Below, piece after piece: positions 12,820-24,376 of a stretch of 59,546 nt of DNA. Position 1 is the first letter of the stretch. Each line of letters begins with the position of its first letter. The position numbers and the translations under genes are program-made. This DNA is from Chiloscyllium plagiosum. Taxonomy: Eukaryota. The DNA is taken from NCBI RefSeq assembly GCF_004010195.1, contig NC_057720.1, forward strand, positions 23,232,515 to 23,292,060, in the 5' to 3' direction. The notes under the pieces were generated by a model. The model saw only the letters and a program-made list of their open reading frames with translations. It searched no databases and was not told where the DNA came from.

Positions 12820-12867
12820 CAGCACCCCTCCCCCAAATTCTCTCAGCCCACTTGGCACACCAGCCTC

Positions 12868-12903
12868 ATTCCTGAAGAAGGGCTTATGCCTGAAACGTTG
12901 ATT
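12868..12903 (+). ncRNA. Minimal type I hammerhead ribozyme motif (family A)
   Basis: attc-CTGAAGA-a-gggc-ttat-gcct-GAAA-C-GT-T-gatt; intact core, palindromic AACGTT in place of helix III, weak helix I. Confidence 0.65.
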
Positions 12904-14129
12904 CTCCTGCTTCTCAGATGCTGCCAGGCCTGCTGTGTTTTTCCAGCACCACATTTTTCAACTTAGTTACTGGAACTTGCTTCTCCTCATGGTGGTGGCT
13001 TAATAATGAATAGAAATCGAGATAACATTGCTGAGAAACTTTTTCAGTTTCTTTCACCAATGTGCAGTAGTAGTCAACTTATAAGGAAATTGGTGATGAA
13101 CTGTATGATTTTAAAAAGCTCAAAAAAATGACTTATCAAGACTTTATCCAATTATAAGTCTTCATGAAAATTAGACAATAAAATTGCTCCTTTCACTTGA
13201 TTCCATCTTTATTGACAGTTTCCTCAGAAACTAACCTCCATGTGAAAACTGATAAACGTAGCATGTTGTTTCCTGGTAGTAAAGGAAGATTTTGTTTCAG
13301 TTACAGAGAATTCATCTTCCGTCATTAGTTTAAATTGACATATTGTGAAGGTTCTTCATATTTTATCTTTTTATGGAAATGTAGGTTCTAAGCTGGAGGG
13401 AAATAGGTTTTAATTTTCAACTCTGTGAAGATATGAACTTTTTCAAATAAAAGGTCATAAAGCTATAGAGTGAGTTAAAGACTGTTTCTAAAAAATCGTG
13501 AAAGTTTAGCTAAATGATTAGCGAGCCCACAAAGATATTGCTAGGGTGTTTGCTGACTAGAGTTTTACAATCCAGAGAGAGAGGGGCTAATAAAGCAGGA
13601 TTATTTCAGGGAGAAAAGATCTATAACAGCAGAGGTGCTTTTTGGTTTAGCAGCCTCTAAAACAGTCCGGACACGGTAGAAGAGGTCTCAACTTGCTTGG
13701 AAGAAAACTACTGAGGCAAAAAGCTGTGGAGATGTCTGAGAGGGTGAAATCCTACTGAGCTGTCAAAGACAGCTGAGGTTTTTAAAAAAAAACCCATGTC
13801 CACAAATAATGGAAAAGTTAATTTTTTTGAGGATCTCAGGGGATGATATTAGTGTTGAGTGAATGTACAGAACTTTACTGAAAACGAAATTGATTAGTTA
13901 CTTGAAAAAGGAGATTTGGTGGGGAGACAGGGTTGATCCTTCACTGAGATTTGAGTGTCTGTAAAGTTGTTATTGGAAGTCAAGGGTTGAAGCGTTCTTT
14001 CGTATTCATTCCAATAGTAGTTGTATGCTGTAATATAGTTATTTTTTCATTTTGGAAAAATAACTGTTAAACTTTCTTGATGACTGGTTCTTGCGAATTT
14101 TTTCATAACTGACCTGTTTTGTATATTTA

Positions 14130-14445
14130 TGTGGAAGTGCCACTGTTAGACTGGGGTGGACAAAGTTAAAAATCATAGAACAGGTTATAGTCCAACAGGT
14201 TTATTTGGAAGTACAAGCTTTCAGAGCACTGCTCTTTCATCAGGTAGCTAGTGGGGCAGGATCATAGGACACAGAATTTATAGTAAAAGGTCAAAGTGAT
14301 TAAGTCTTAACAACAAACGAAGTTTGTTCAATATATCACATACTTTGATCTTTCTCTATAAATTCTGTGCTCTATGATCCTGCCCCACTAGCTATCTGAC
14401 GAAGGTGCAACACTCTGAAAGCTTGTCTCCAAATATACCTGGTAT
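14130..14445. mobile_element. PLE pseudo-LTR hairpin (family B), arms ~14196-14298 and ~14341-14441
   Basis: Inverted arms, each with a hammerhead; left part matches 50307-50430 (caggttatagtccaacaggttt). Confidence 0.85.
14212..14246 (-). ncRNA. Intact minimal type I hammerhead ribozyme motif (family B)
   Basis: Minus strand: TAC-CTGATGA-A-AGAGC-agt-GCTCT-GAAA-GC-T-T-GTA; helix I TAC/GTA, 5-bp helix II, palindromic AAGCTT. Confidence 0.82.
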
Positions 14446-14612
14446 TATGTATACAAAGTAGAACTCATATAAAGTAAAACTTATTGTCTATCAGGCCGGA
14501 TTTGACTTGCCTGGTAATACCATCTACTACAATTATGACAATATCCTATTTTTGGGGAACCTTTTCAACAATTCCCGGGATTTGATAAAAGTAGAATTTT
14601 TGCTGCATTTAA

Positions 14613-15560
14613 GATTTATCATTATCTAACCATCACCCTTTTCTTTCAATAGCACTACCATGACTGACCCCTTCATTACCAACAGCCATTGGCCAGAATC
14701 TGAATAGGACTGGCAATATACAGGGGAACTTCGATTCATCGAATGAGATGGGCGGGCACTATTTTGTTTGGATAATCGATTTATTTGGTTAATTGATTAA
14801 ATACCTTTCCTCTGGGGCTTGGAACTTTTAAAATCTGCTCCCCGTTCAGGAGGCTGCAGTAGCACACAGTGCGAGACCTACCCCCAGCATTGCTCCCCGG
14901 CCAACCCCGCCACGTGCACGAACGCGCGCGCACACACACACAGTATTTGTGGACAGCGGCTTAGGGTACACTCCCGTGTAGAACTCCAGTGAAAGTGTGG
15001 GGAGAGAGCGGGCAGGAGGTCAGTCATTTTGAGGCGGTGCCTGTTTAATCACTAAACAAAAGATGCGATCACTGTTGGAAACATGTCTTTGATGTAATGT
15101 TTCTATAGGGACCTCGAGATCTCCTTTGGATAATCCGATTTTCGGATAGTTGGTGTTCAGATAATTAAGGTTCCTCTGTAATGGCTGTGACTACAGGAGC
15201 AGATTAAAGTGTGTATCCTGCAGCAAATAACACAGCACCTAATTTGCCAAAATATGTGACTTTCGATGATGGACAAGTCAGGACTGTGGTGCAATACTTC
15301 CCTGGATGCATGCAGCTCCAACAACAGTCAAGAAGCTTTATACCATCCAGGACTAAGCAGCCAGTTTGGCACCACCTTCACAAACATTTCATCCTTTCAT
15401 CTCAGACATTTGCCAGTAACCATGCACCCAGTACAAGACGCACAGCATCTTCCAAACTGTCAATAACTGCCATAGAGAAAGACCAGGGAAGGGGATGCAT
15501 GTAAACGCTGCCACTTGCAAGTACCCCTCCAAGCCACTCATTGTCCTGACTTAGAAATAT
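14613..15560 (+). mobile_element. Old L2/CR1-clade LINE 3' fragment split by a MITE
   Basis: ccattggccagaatctgaatagg|..|ggctgtgactacaggagcag..caagtcaggactgtggtgcaatact matches the copy at 29935-30300. Confidence 0.65.
14721..15178. mobile_element. Tigger/pogo-like (Tc1/mariner superfamily) MITE
   Basis: TA TSD at both ends; imperfect TIRs caggggaacttcgatt / aattaaggttcctctg; subterminal ggataatc repeats; host LINE contiguous across the insertion. Confidence 0.8.
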
Positions 15561-15618
15561 AAAGTCACATTACAGAAGTGGCCCATCAGTCCATCAAGTC
15601 TGCACGGACACAAAAAAA

Positions 15619-16012
15619 GGGTTGCCACAGTGGCTCAGTGGTTAGCACTACTGCCTCACAGTGCTAGGGACCTGGGTTCAATTCCATCCTCAACTGTCTA
15701 TGTGGAATTTCCATGCTCCCTGTATCTTTGTGTTTCCTCTGGGTGTTCATGTTCCCCCCCACAGTCCAAAAATGTGCAGGTTAGGTGGAATGACCCATAA
15801 TCTTGGAATGTGCAAGTGAGGTAAATTAGAGGTTGGAAATGTGGGGGCGGGGGGCGCGGGCGAGGGGGGTGGCGCGCGGGGTGGGGGGAGGCAGGGGGGC
15901 GGGCAGGAGAGGGGAGGCCCAGGGGAGAAGTGTTTGGTCTGGCTGGTGTGCTCTTCAGAGAGTTGGTGTGGACTTGTTGGTATGCTTCCACACTCTAGGG
16001 ATTCCATGATTC
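15619..16012 (+). mobile_element. HE1-type SINE with internal G-rich expansion
   Basis: tRNA head cagtggctcagtggttagcac...gggttcaattcc; tail agggattccatgattc; G-rich tract 15841-15926. Confidence 0.85.
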
Positions 16013-16539
16013 TGTGAAATCACTTATTAACATTAATCCCATTTTTCAGTACTTCGTCCAGACCCTTGAATATTATGACATTTCATGTGTTCCTGGGAAT
16101 TGATGTGCAAAATCATGGATTCCGTAGGACTATAGTTACTGGAGTTTGCCAGCGGGATGACCAAAATGTCGCTATTCCTTAATTCCTTGGTTGATACCCT
16201 GGAATTGTCCGTAATAGAATTGTGGGTGTATATACAACAAATACCGATTCACAATGGCATCTGCCACTTTCTCAAGGGTAACTAGGGGTGGGCAATAGGG
16301 CCCAGACAGTGCATCCAAAATCCAGTTAATTTGCCAAAAATTTATCTAATATAAAAAGAAACTAAGCATTGCTAAACAATAATGTTTCTCCAAAAATGAA
16401 TGTAATTTGAGAGTGGGAAGCAGCTAGTTTTATGGCATGAGTACCATCACTTTTTTTTTTAAATTTTGATATTTGGTTAAAGTGATGGCCTGTTCTAATG
16501 AAAATTTATAAAATTAAGATTTTATCTGGAATAAAGAAA

Positions 16540-19240
16540 ATAGTAGCAGGAGTAGGCCATTCAGACATTTTGAGCCTGCCCCACCTTTAAAACGATCACA
16601 GCTGATTATCCAACCCAGTTCCCTGTTTCCAGTTTCTCACAGTACGCTTTTATCCCTTTAGCCCCAAAAATTATGTCTACTTCTTCTTTGAAAATGTTCC
16701 ATGCTTTGGTCTAACTGCTTCCAGACTCACCACTATCTGCATATAGACATTTATCTTCGTCCTAAATGGCCTATCCCGTAACCTTGGACTGTGACCTCTG
16801 GTTCTGGACTGCCAGGTCATCAGAAATGTCCTTCCTGTGTTTACTGTGTTCAGTCCTATTCAAATTTTATAGGTGTCTGCAATATTCCCTCAATCTTCTA
16901 AACTCCAGTGAATATAGTCCTAACTGATTCCATCTCTCTCCAAACATCAGTCCTGTCATCCCTGAGTCAGTCTGGGGAAACCTTTGTTGCACTCCCTCAA
17001 TACTCAAAACATCTTTCTTAAGGTAAGGAGATCATAACTGCATACAGTACGAGAGTGTGATCTCACCAAGGCTTAGTATAATTGCAGCAAGATGTTTCTG
17101 CTCCTGTATTGAAATCCTTTCACTATAAAAGCCAATATACCATTTGTGTTTTTCATCACCTGCTGCACCTGCATGGTTACTTGCAGCAATTGGTGTATAA
17201 AAGCACCTGGTCTTATTGCACCTCCCCCTTTCCCAACCAGTCGCCTGTTCAATATTCAGATAATGATCAGTCACCCTGTTTTTGCTACCAAAGTGGATAA
17301 CCTCATTTATTCATGTTATACTGCACCTGCCATGCATTTCCCACTGACCTCAACTTGTTCAAAACACACTGAAGTATCTGTGTTCTCACAGTTCATCCTC
17401 TCACTCAGCTTTGTGTCATCTACAAACTTGGAATTGCATTAAGTTCCCTCACCTGAATCATTTAATAATTGTGAATAGCTGGGATCCAAAACCTGATCCC
17501 TGCAATACCCCAGTAGTAACTGGCTGCTACTCGGGGTGGGGAGGGAAGACCTATTTTACTCCTAGTCTTTGTTCCCTATCCGTCAACTAGTTCTCTATTG
17601 GTGTCAGTACACTACCTCCATTATCACGTGCTTCAATTTTTCATGTTAGTCTTTTCTGTGGGACCTTATCAAAAGACTTCTGAAAATCCAGGTAAACCAC
17701 ATCCATTGACTCCCCTTTATTAACTATACCAGTTAAATCCTTAAACATTTCAGGAAATCTATCAAGTTTGATTTCCCTTTTTTAAATCCATGCGGACTCT
17801 GTCTGATCCTATCACAGTTTTTCAAGTCCTCTGTTATTGTTTTTCTTTTATAATCTATTCTAGACATTCCCCATTATGGATGTCAGGCTAGCCAGTCTGT
17901 AATTCCCTTTTTTTCTCACTTTACCTTTTTTTTAATTTAATAGTATAGTTACATTAGCTACTCTCCAACCGTAGGAACTGACAAGAGTCCATAGAATCTT
18001 CAAAGGTGACTACTAGTGCATCCACAATTTCTAGGGCCCCTTAAATTTGTACTTTGGGTTGTAAATTGTCAGGCTCTGGAGATTTATTAGATTTCCATCC
18101 CAGTGATTTCCCAACACAATTTCTCAGCAAATGCTGATTTCTATCCCCCTCATTAGACTCTGTGTTTCCCAATACTTTTTGGGACATTATGTGTGTGTTC
18201 CTTTGTGAATACTGAAGCAAAAATATGTATTTAATTTGTGAACCATCTTTTTGTTCTCTATTATGACTTACCCTGTTTTATTCTCTTCATGTACATAGAA
18301 GCTTTTACAATCTATTTATATGTTCCCTGAAAACTTTCTTTTGTAGTCTCTTCCCCTTTCTTAATCCCTTTGTCATTCTTTGAAGTCTAACTTTCTTCAA
18401 ATTCTCAAGTGTGTTGCTTTTTTTTTGACCAATTTGTGAGCCTCTTTCTTGGATCAAATACTATCCTTGATTTCCCTTGTTAGCCACAGTTGAGCCATTT
18501 TCCTGTTTTGGTTTTGTGCCAGATGAGCACAATTGTTGCATTTCCCGGTGACATTCTTTAATTGTTTGCCAGTGCCTATCCACTATCATCCCTTTAAGTA
18601 ACATCCCTTAATTTATCGTAGCCTGCTGTAGCATCATGATTTCCTTTATTTAGATTCAGGACTTGATTCTCAGAATCAATTATGTCACTCTGTATTAATG
18701 AAAAGTTCTATCATATTGTGGTCACTGTTCCCCAAAGGGCCTTGCACAGTTAAACAGCCAACTATTCCTGTCTTATTTCACCATATGTAGCCTACGATCA
18801 CCTGTTCTCTTGTTAGTTTCTCAACATGTTATTCCAGAAAACTATCTCACACACACTCTAGGAATTCCTCCTCTGTGGCATTGTTATTGATTTGCTTTGC
18901 CCAATCTATATGCAGATTAAAGTCACCCATAATTACAGTTGTACCTTCATTACTTGGATCTCTAGTTTCCTGTTTAATGCATTCCCAATGTTACCAGTAC
19001 AGTATGGGACCATATATACAACCCCAGTATTGTTTTATGCTCTTTGGTGTTTGTTGGCTGTATCCGTACAAATTCCACATCATTGGAGCTAATATCCTTC
19101 CTCACTAATGTGTTAATTTTCTCTTTAACCAGCAATGCCTCTCCACCTCATTTTTCCTTTTTGTCTGTTCGTCTTAAAAACTGTTGCTGGATATTCTTTT
19201 CCTATTCCTGGTCACCCTGCAGCCATATCTCTAATCCCAA
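16540..19240 (-). mobile_element. Long, old, degenerate CR1 LINE (RT to endonuclease region)
   Basis: 3' tail gcaggagtaggccattc; reverse of FADDTK (tttgtgtcatctacaaactt, 17410) and KAFDKVP (gggaccttatcaaaagacttctg, 17660). Confidence 0.8.
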
Positions 19241-20235
19241 AAATATCAGTCCAGGCATAACTGCATTATGAATAGTAAATTTTAAAAGTATTCCAACTAG
19301 TTTACTTAATCTAGATTATTCATTTTATGTTTCACCTCCACAATCTAGAAACAATGATTTTTCAGTGTTGGATCATGGATAGTGAGATAGGCTTGAAAAT
19401 AAGGTAGTGGAAACTTGAAAATTTGCTAATGTTGTGCCGGGGCTTTGTTAATAGTGGTGACAGTTATTCTGAAAATTGACAATTTGAAAAATTCACATGA
19501 AAATATCAAGAACAAATAGAGAAACCTAAGTATTTTTCCTACTCTCTGCTGCAAATGTTTGACTGAGTGGAGGGACTACCGAGAAGTACTTGCCAAGCTA
19601 TGGTAAGGCCCAATCTGGTGTTGATTATTAGAGTAACTGAAGCTGCCTGAGCATTGTTCTGAGTTCCTTATTTGCCAAACTTATTTCAGTCAATAAATAT
19701 GTTTATCAGTATTTGAGGTTTGGTACTGAACAGGAACAGAGTTTGAAGTAGTTGGCTCATGCACAAATAACTATTAGAATTTATAGCCGGTTGATTTTTT
19801 TTTCCTGAACTTCCATTTTCAATGAGTCAGATTTCTGATGAAAAAGCAGTTCAATTGATTTCATTAACTTTTGGAGTAGCAAGTATTGTAGCACATTTCT
19901 TATTTGACTCCCCAAAGCTCCCCCAACAAAAGTTTGCCCATTGAGAACAGCATAAGTCTTATCTTTTAATACCATATTATTTATTCTGGCCATTGATGCC
20001 CACACTGATTATCCATCTTCCAATCCCTAATTGGAATTGAGATGCCAGCAATGAACTGTGATTTTAAGCTGCAGCAGTCCATATGTTGAACCTATCTTTA
20101 GAGTGTTGCTAATGTTGCTGTTCCAAGATTTTTACTTGGCTACGTTGAAGGAAAAAAGGAAAAATTAAAAGACTGGTGTGTGACTACGAAGATCTCTGAA
20201 ATTGTGGTGTTACTCTTGATACTCTTCTACTTGGA

Positions 20236-20568
20236 GTCATAGAGATGTACAGCATGGAAACAGACCCTTCTGTCCAACCCATCCATGCCGACCAGATATC
20301 CCAACCCAATCTAGTCCCACCTGGCCCATATCCCTCCAAACCCTTCCTATTTATATACCCATCCAAATGCCTCTTAAATGTTGCAATTGTACCAGCCTCC
20401 ACCACATCCTCTGGCAGCTCATTCCATACGCATGAAAATGTTGCCCCTTAGGTCTCTTTTATATCTTTCCCCTCTCACCCTAAACCTATGCCCTCTAGTT
20501 CTGGACTCCCCCACCCCAGGGAAAAGACTTTGTCTATTTATCCTATCCATGCCCCTCATAATTTTGTA
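20236..20568 (-). mobile_element. Young CR1 3' end fragment
   Basis: KIMRGMDRINRQSLFPGVGESRTRGHRFRVRGERYKRDLRG; tail gtcatagagatgtacagcatgg. Confidence 0.92.
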
Positions 20569-21434
20569 ATTCTTGATAATAAAAATTTCAGATTTGGAAG
20601 ATACTGCTGAAAATGTGTCATTGATCATTGAGCTGATGCAATGTATATTATGACTTCAGCCGATAGTAATAATCGACAAATCAGATTCTAGAGTGAAACC
20701 TGGCTTGGTAGACCATCAGTTTTGTTTTTATTTTTGTTAAACATCGAGGCCAGTCACTGAAAATATACATTGACAAGCTCTTGTGAATTTTTAACAAAAG
20801 AGCATAGATGTTTATGACATATAATTAGCATTTTATGTAATATAATTTGCAAGAACTATGAGAACAACCTAATTAAAAAGATTAAAACATTAAAAAGATT
20901 CATCTTCTTTTTACCCCAGCAATACGCTTAGACTTTCAAACTTTAATGAAAAGTCACCCCCAGTCTCAGTGCTGAAGCTTCTTGTTCAGCTAGTGCAATT
21001 GGAATTGTTTTCTTTTGTGCAGCAATTTGTTCATTCATTCAATGCTGTTTTCTTTCCAGTTACATCTCTAAGTGGGACCCTTAAAACAAATGCTAACTTA
21101 ACAAATTTGTTAGTTAACATGGGTTCCCTAAACACATCTTCAACAGACTTTTAGCATATCTTCCTCTGTAATAACTCCACAACTACCTTTCACTGACTGC
21201 TAAACCACTCTGGCCTTCTCCCCAGCCCTGACAGTTTGGAGACTGCAAATAAAGCACCTCTGTGCCTGTATGCCGTGTAATCCTTCGTGAACCTGCTTTT
21301 GACCCTTTATTTCTCTATCTGCTCAAGACAAAAAATGCCTTAGCAATTATCTCAGATGGCTTTCTTGTCATTTATTTGAAATCGCATGAATTCTTGTTAA
21401 TGCTGTTTTGAAAGTCACTTTCAAAAAAGATCAG

Positions 21435-22085
21435 ATAGAGTCTTAGAGTCGTATTGCCTGGAAACAGACAGTTCAGTCCATGCCCACCATAATCCCAACT
21501 AAACTAGTCCCATCTGCCTGCACTTTGCCCATATCCCTCCCAACAATTGATTTTCATCTACTTATCCAAAGGTCTTTTAAGCCTTATATCTGTACCTGCA
21601 TCCATCACTTCATCTGGAACTTTATTCCACAAACGAGCCATTCTCTGTCTATTTATGTTAAAAAGTTGCCACACGTATTTTTTTAAACCTTTGTCCTCTC
21701 AGCTTAAAATTATGTCCCCTAGTCTTGAAATCCCTCATCCTAGGTAAGAGACTCCTGCCATCCATGTTATCGATACCCCTCATGATTTTATGAACCTTCT
21801 ATAAGGTCACCTCTCAACCTCCTCTGCTCCAATGAAAAAAATTCCAGGCTCCTTAAAATTCAAACCTTCTATTCTTCGCATTATTCTGGTAAATCTTTTC
21901 TGAACCCTCTCCAACTTAATAATAACCTTCCTTTAACAGGGTAACCAGAACTGGACACACTTGTCCAGAAAAGGCCTCACCATCATCCTGAGCAACCTCA
22001 ACATGATATCCCATCTCCTGTACTCAAAGGACTGAACAATGAAGGCAAGCATGCTAAACGCCTTCTTAACCACCCTGTCTGCATA
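21435..22085 (-). mobile_element. CR1 3' fragment
   Basis: DRVVKKAFSMLAFI..CVQFWLP on minus strand. Confidence 0.88.
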
Positions 22086-22452
22086 TGACACAAAGTAGTA
22101 AATGTATTTTTCTTCCACTTGAGTCCAAGTTCTCAAATAATATTTGTAAGAAATTTGTACATGATACATACCACAACCATAGCACAGTCCTGAAGAGTGT
22201 GCATACTTCAGATTGGTGCCAATGAAACAAATTGCATTTTCTTGTGTGTCCTCAAGGGTCCTGTGCTTTGTTGAAGCTATACTCGTGTAGCCAAGTGGTG
22301 AATATTCTGTCACTGTTCTTGCATGTGCCTTTCCAATGAGTAGACTAGATTTGGCGATCCAATGAGTAGACTAGATTTGGTGATCAAATGAGTGACATTC
22401 TGCAGTATTCCTAGCTTCTGATCTGCACTTGGGGCCATAGTATCTATTAGCG

Positions 22453-23229
22453 CGTTTTGAGAAGATTTTAGCTCAGGTTGAGGTTCTGGATGTAGGTTTG
22501 CTCACTGAGGCTGGAAGGTTAGTTTTCAGACGTTTCCAATGGTACCCAATGAACACAGTCCGCCGATTTCTCAGCAACAAACCCAAACAAGCAGACAAAA
22601 CGCATCCAGAAACCCTAGCCACTCTCCCCTACATCAAAGACATCTTGGAAATGCCTGCCAGACTACTCAGACCACTTGGCATCATGGTGGTCCACCAACA
22701 CACTAAAACAGCAGCTAATGAACTTGAAAGACCCCTATGCAGATGACAAGCAAAACTAATGTCATTCACAAAATACCTTGCAAGAACTGTAACAAACACC
22801 ACATTGCACAAATAGGCAGAAAACTAGCCACCAACATACATGAACATAAACTAGCCACAAAACGACACAACCCACTCTCACTACTATCCTTACATATGGA
22901 TGAGGGAGGACTCTACTTTGACTGGGAGAGCACATCCATCCTAGGACAAGTCAAACAGAGACATGCATGAGAATTCCTAGAAGCATGGCATTCCAATCAG
23001 AACTCTATCAATAAACACATTGACTTAGATCCCCTTTAGAACCCCCTGAGAAAAAGAACAGGAACTGACATCACCATGGAAAATGACAACATCGATCCAA
23101 GGAAACCCAAACATATAAATAGAAAGCAGGCTGCACCACCAGTATCCTGAGGCTCACTGAAGATGTTACCTAGTATAGTGATGAAATGTCTGAAAACGAA
23201 CCTTCTTGCTCAGAGAGCAAACCAACATC
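22453..23229 (+). mobile_element. 5'-truncated Penelope-like element: inverted pLTR piece, frameshifted GIY-YIG endonuclease region, 3' pLTR with hammerhead
   Basis: YPMNTVRRFL..TLPYIKD..RLLRPLGI; NVIHKIPCKNCNKHHIAQIGRKLATNIHEH (GIY-YIG with CCHH-type residues); 22453-22536 is the inverted copy of the 3' end. Confidence 0.9.
23154..23193 (+). ncRNA. Minimal hammerhead motif in Penelope pLTR (family D), CpG-decayed
   Basis: TCA-CTGAAGA-t-gttac-ctagtata-gtgat-GAAA-t-GTC-TGA; helix I TCA/TGA; wobble pairs at decayed CpGs. Confidence 0.7.
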
Positions 23230-24056
23230 GATGGCATCTGTGAGAGGTCCAGGAAATTTTCTGGTTTATAGTGACCAGATGGTCGAGAATTTAGTAATGG
23301 TGATGCTGCCGAGTGTCAAAGGGAGATGGCTAGCTTTCACTTGTTGCAGGTGGTCTCTGTCTCTCCCTTGTGCAGAGTGTTATGACGGTTGGCACATTAG
23401 ACACTTCTCTGAGGAAATCCTGTTGTGGTACCCTAGAAAAGAGATTTTCGGCCTTGAACAATTGCAAAACTTTTCGTATATAAAAGCAGAATACTCAATG
23501 GTGGAGATTGCAAAAAAAAGTATCATTGGATTCAAAACTTTAATTCTGTTTCTCTAGCACTTTTTAAAACATTTTTATAAGTTTTGAATCCAATGATACT
23601 TTTTTTTTTGCAATCTTCCTACCAGTTGCAGGTTTTACCTGTAATTTCCATTGATTTCAATCTTGATTCCATACTGTTGAATATTGCTTTGAGAGCATTC
23701 ACCTGCACTTGTCCTCTGGAGGTTCATATTTCTTTTCTGTTTCAGGATCATTGTTATAATGAGGTCTGCAACCATGTGATCTTGATGGACCTAATCAATG
23801 AGAAAGATATTGCTGAGAAAATGGCACTTTATAGTCTGATTGTGATTTGCTCAATGGCTTTATGGCTTATTTGAGAGTAGGGGAAGGGATGGTTATTTGC
23901 AGAGTTTGTTATTAGCTGGTATTTCTGTGGTAGGGCCACACCACAGCATTTTCTACATTGTAAGTAGATGTCAGTGTTATACTTCTAAAACAGCTTGACT
24001 CGAAATGGCTGTCCTTGTGGGGCAGGAATTTTCAGTGTTACCACCAGTATCACCAG

Positions 24057-24376
24057 TTGGAGGATTTGAGCTATAGAGAGAGGCTGAACAGGCTGGGCCT
24101 GTTTTCCCTGGAGCATCGGAGGCTGAGGGGTGAACTTACAAAGGTTTACAAAATTGAGGGCCCTGGACGGGATAAATAGACAAGGCCTTTTCCCAAGGGT
24201 CGGGGAGTCCAGAACTAGAGGGCATAGGTTTGGGGTGAGAGGGGAAAGATATAAAAGAGAGGGAGGTGGGCTGGGCGCTGGCAGGTGGGAATAGATTGGA
24301 TTGGGATATCTGGTCGACATGGACGGGTTGGACTGAAGGGTCTGTTTCCATGCTGTACGTCTCTATGACTCTATGA
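24057..24376 (+). mobile_element. Young CR1 3' fragment with internal deletion
   Basis: gagaggctgaacaggctggg..ggggagtccagaactagaggg; tail ctctatgactctatga. Confidence 0.9.

Larger units (their letters stand above)
12627..12963. mobile_element. Head-to-head inverted pair of PLE pseudo-LTRs (family A) around an assembly gap
   Basis: Left arm is the reverse complement of the right arm; each carries a hammerhead motif. Confidence 0.85.
13344..14540 (+). mobile_element. Probable solo LTR (Gypsy-like) with nested PLE hairpin
   Basis: Starts TGTGAAG, ends ATGACA, flanked by 4-bp ATAT at 13340-13343 and 14541-14544. Confidence 0.55.

Noticed and set aside
15698..16007. Proline-rich minus-strand ORFs
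   Set aside because: Translation of the G-rich tract inside a SINE.
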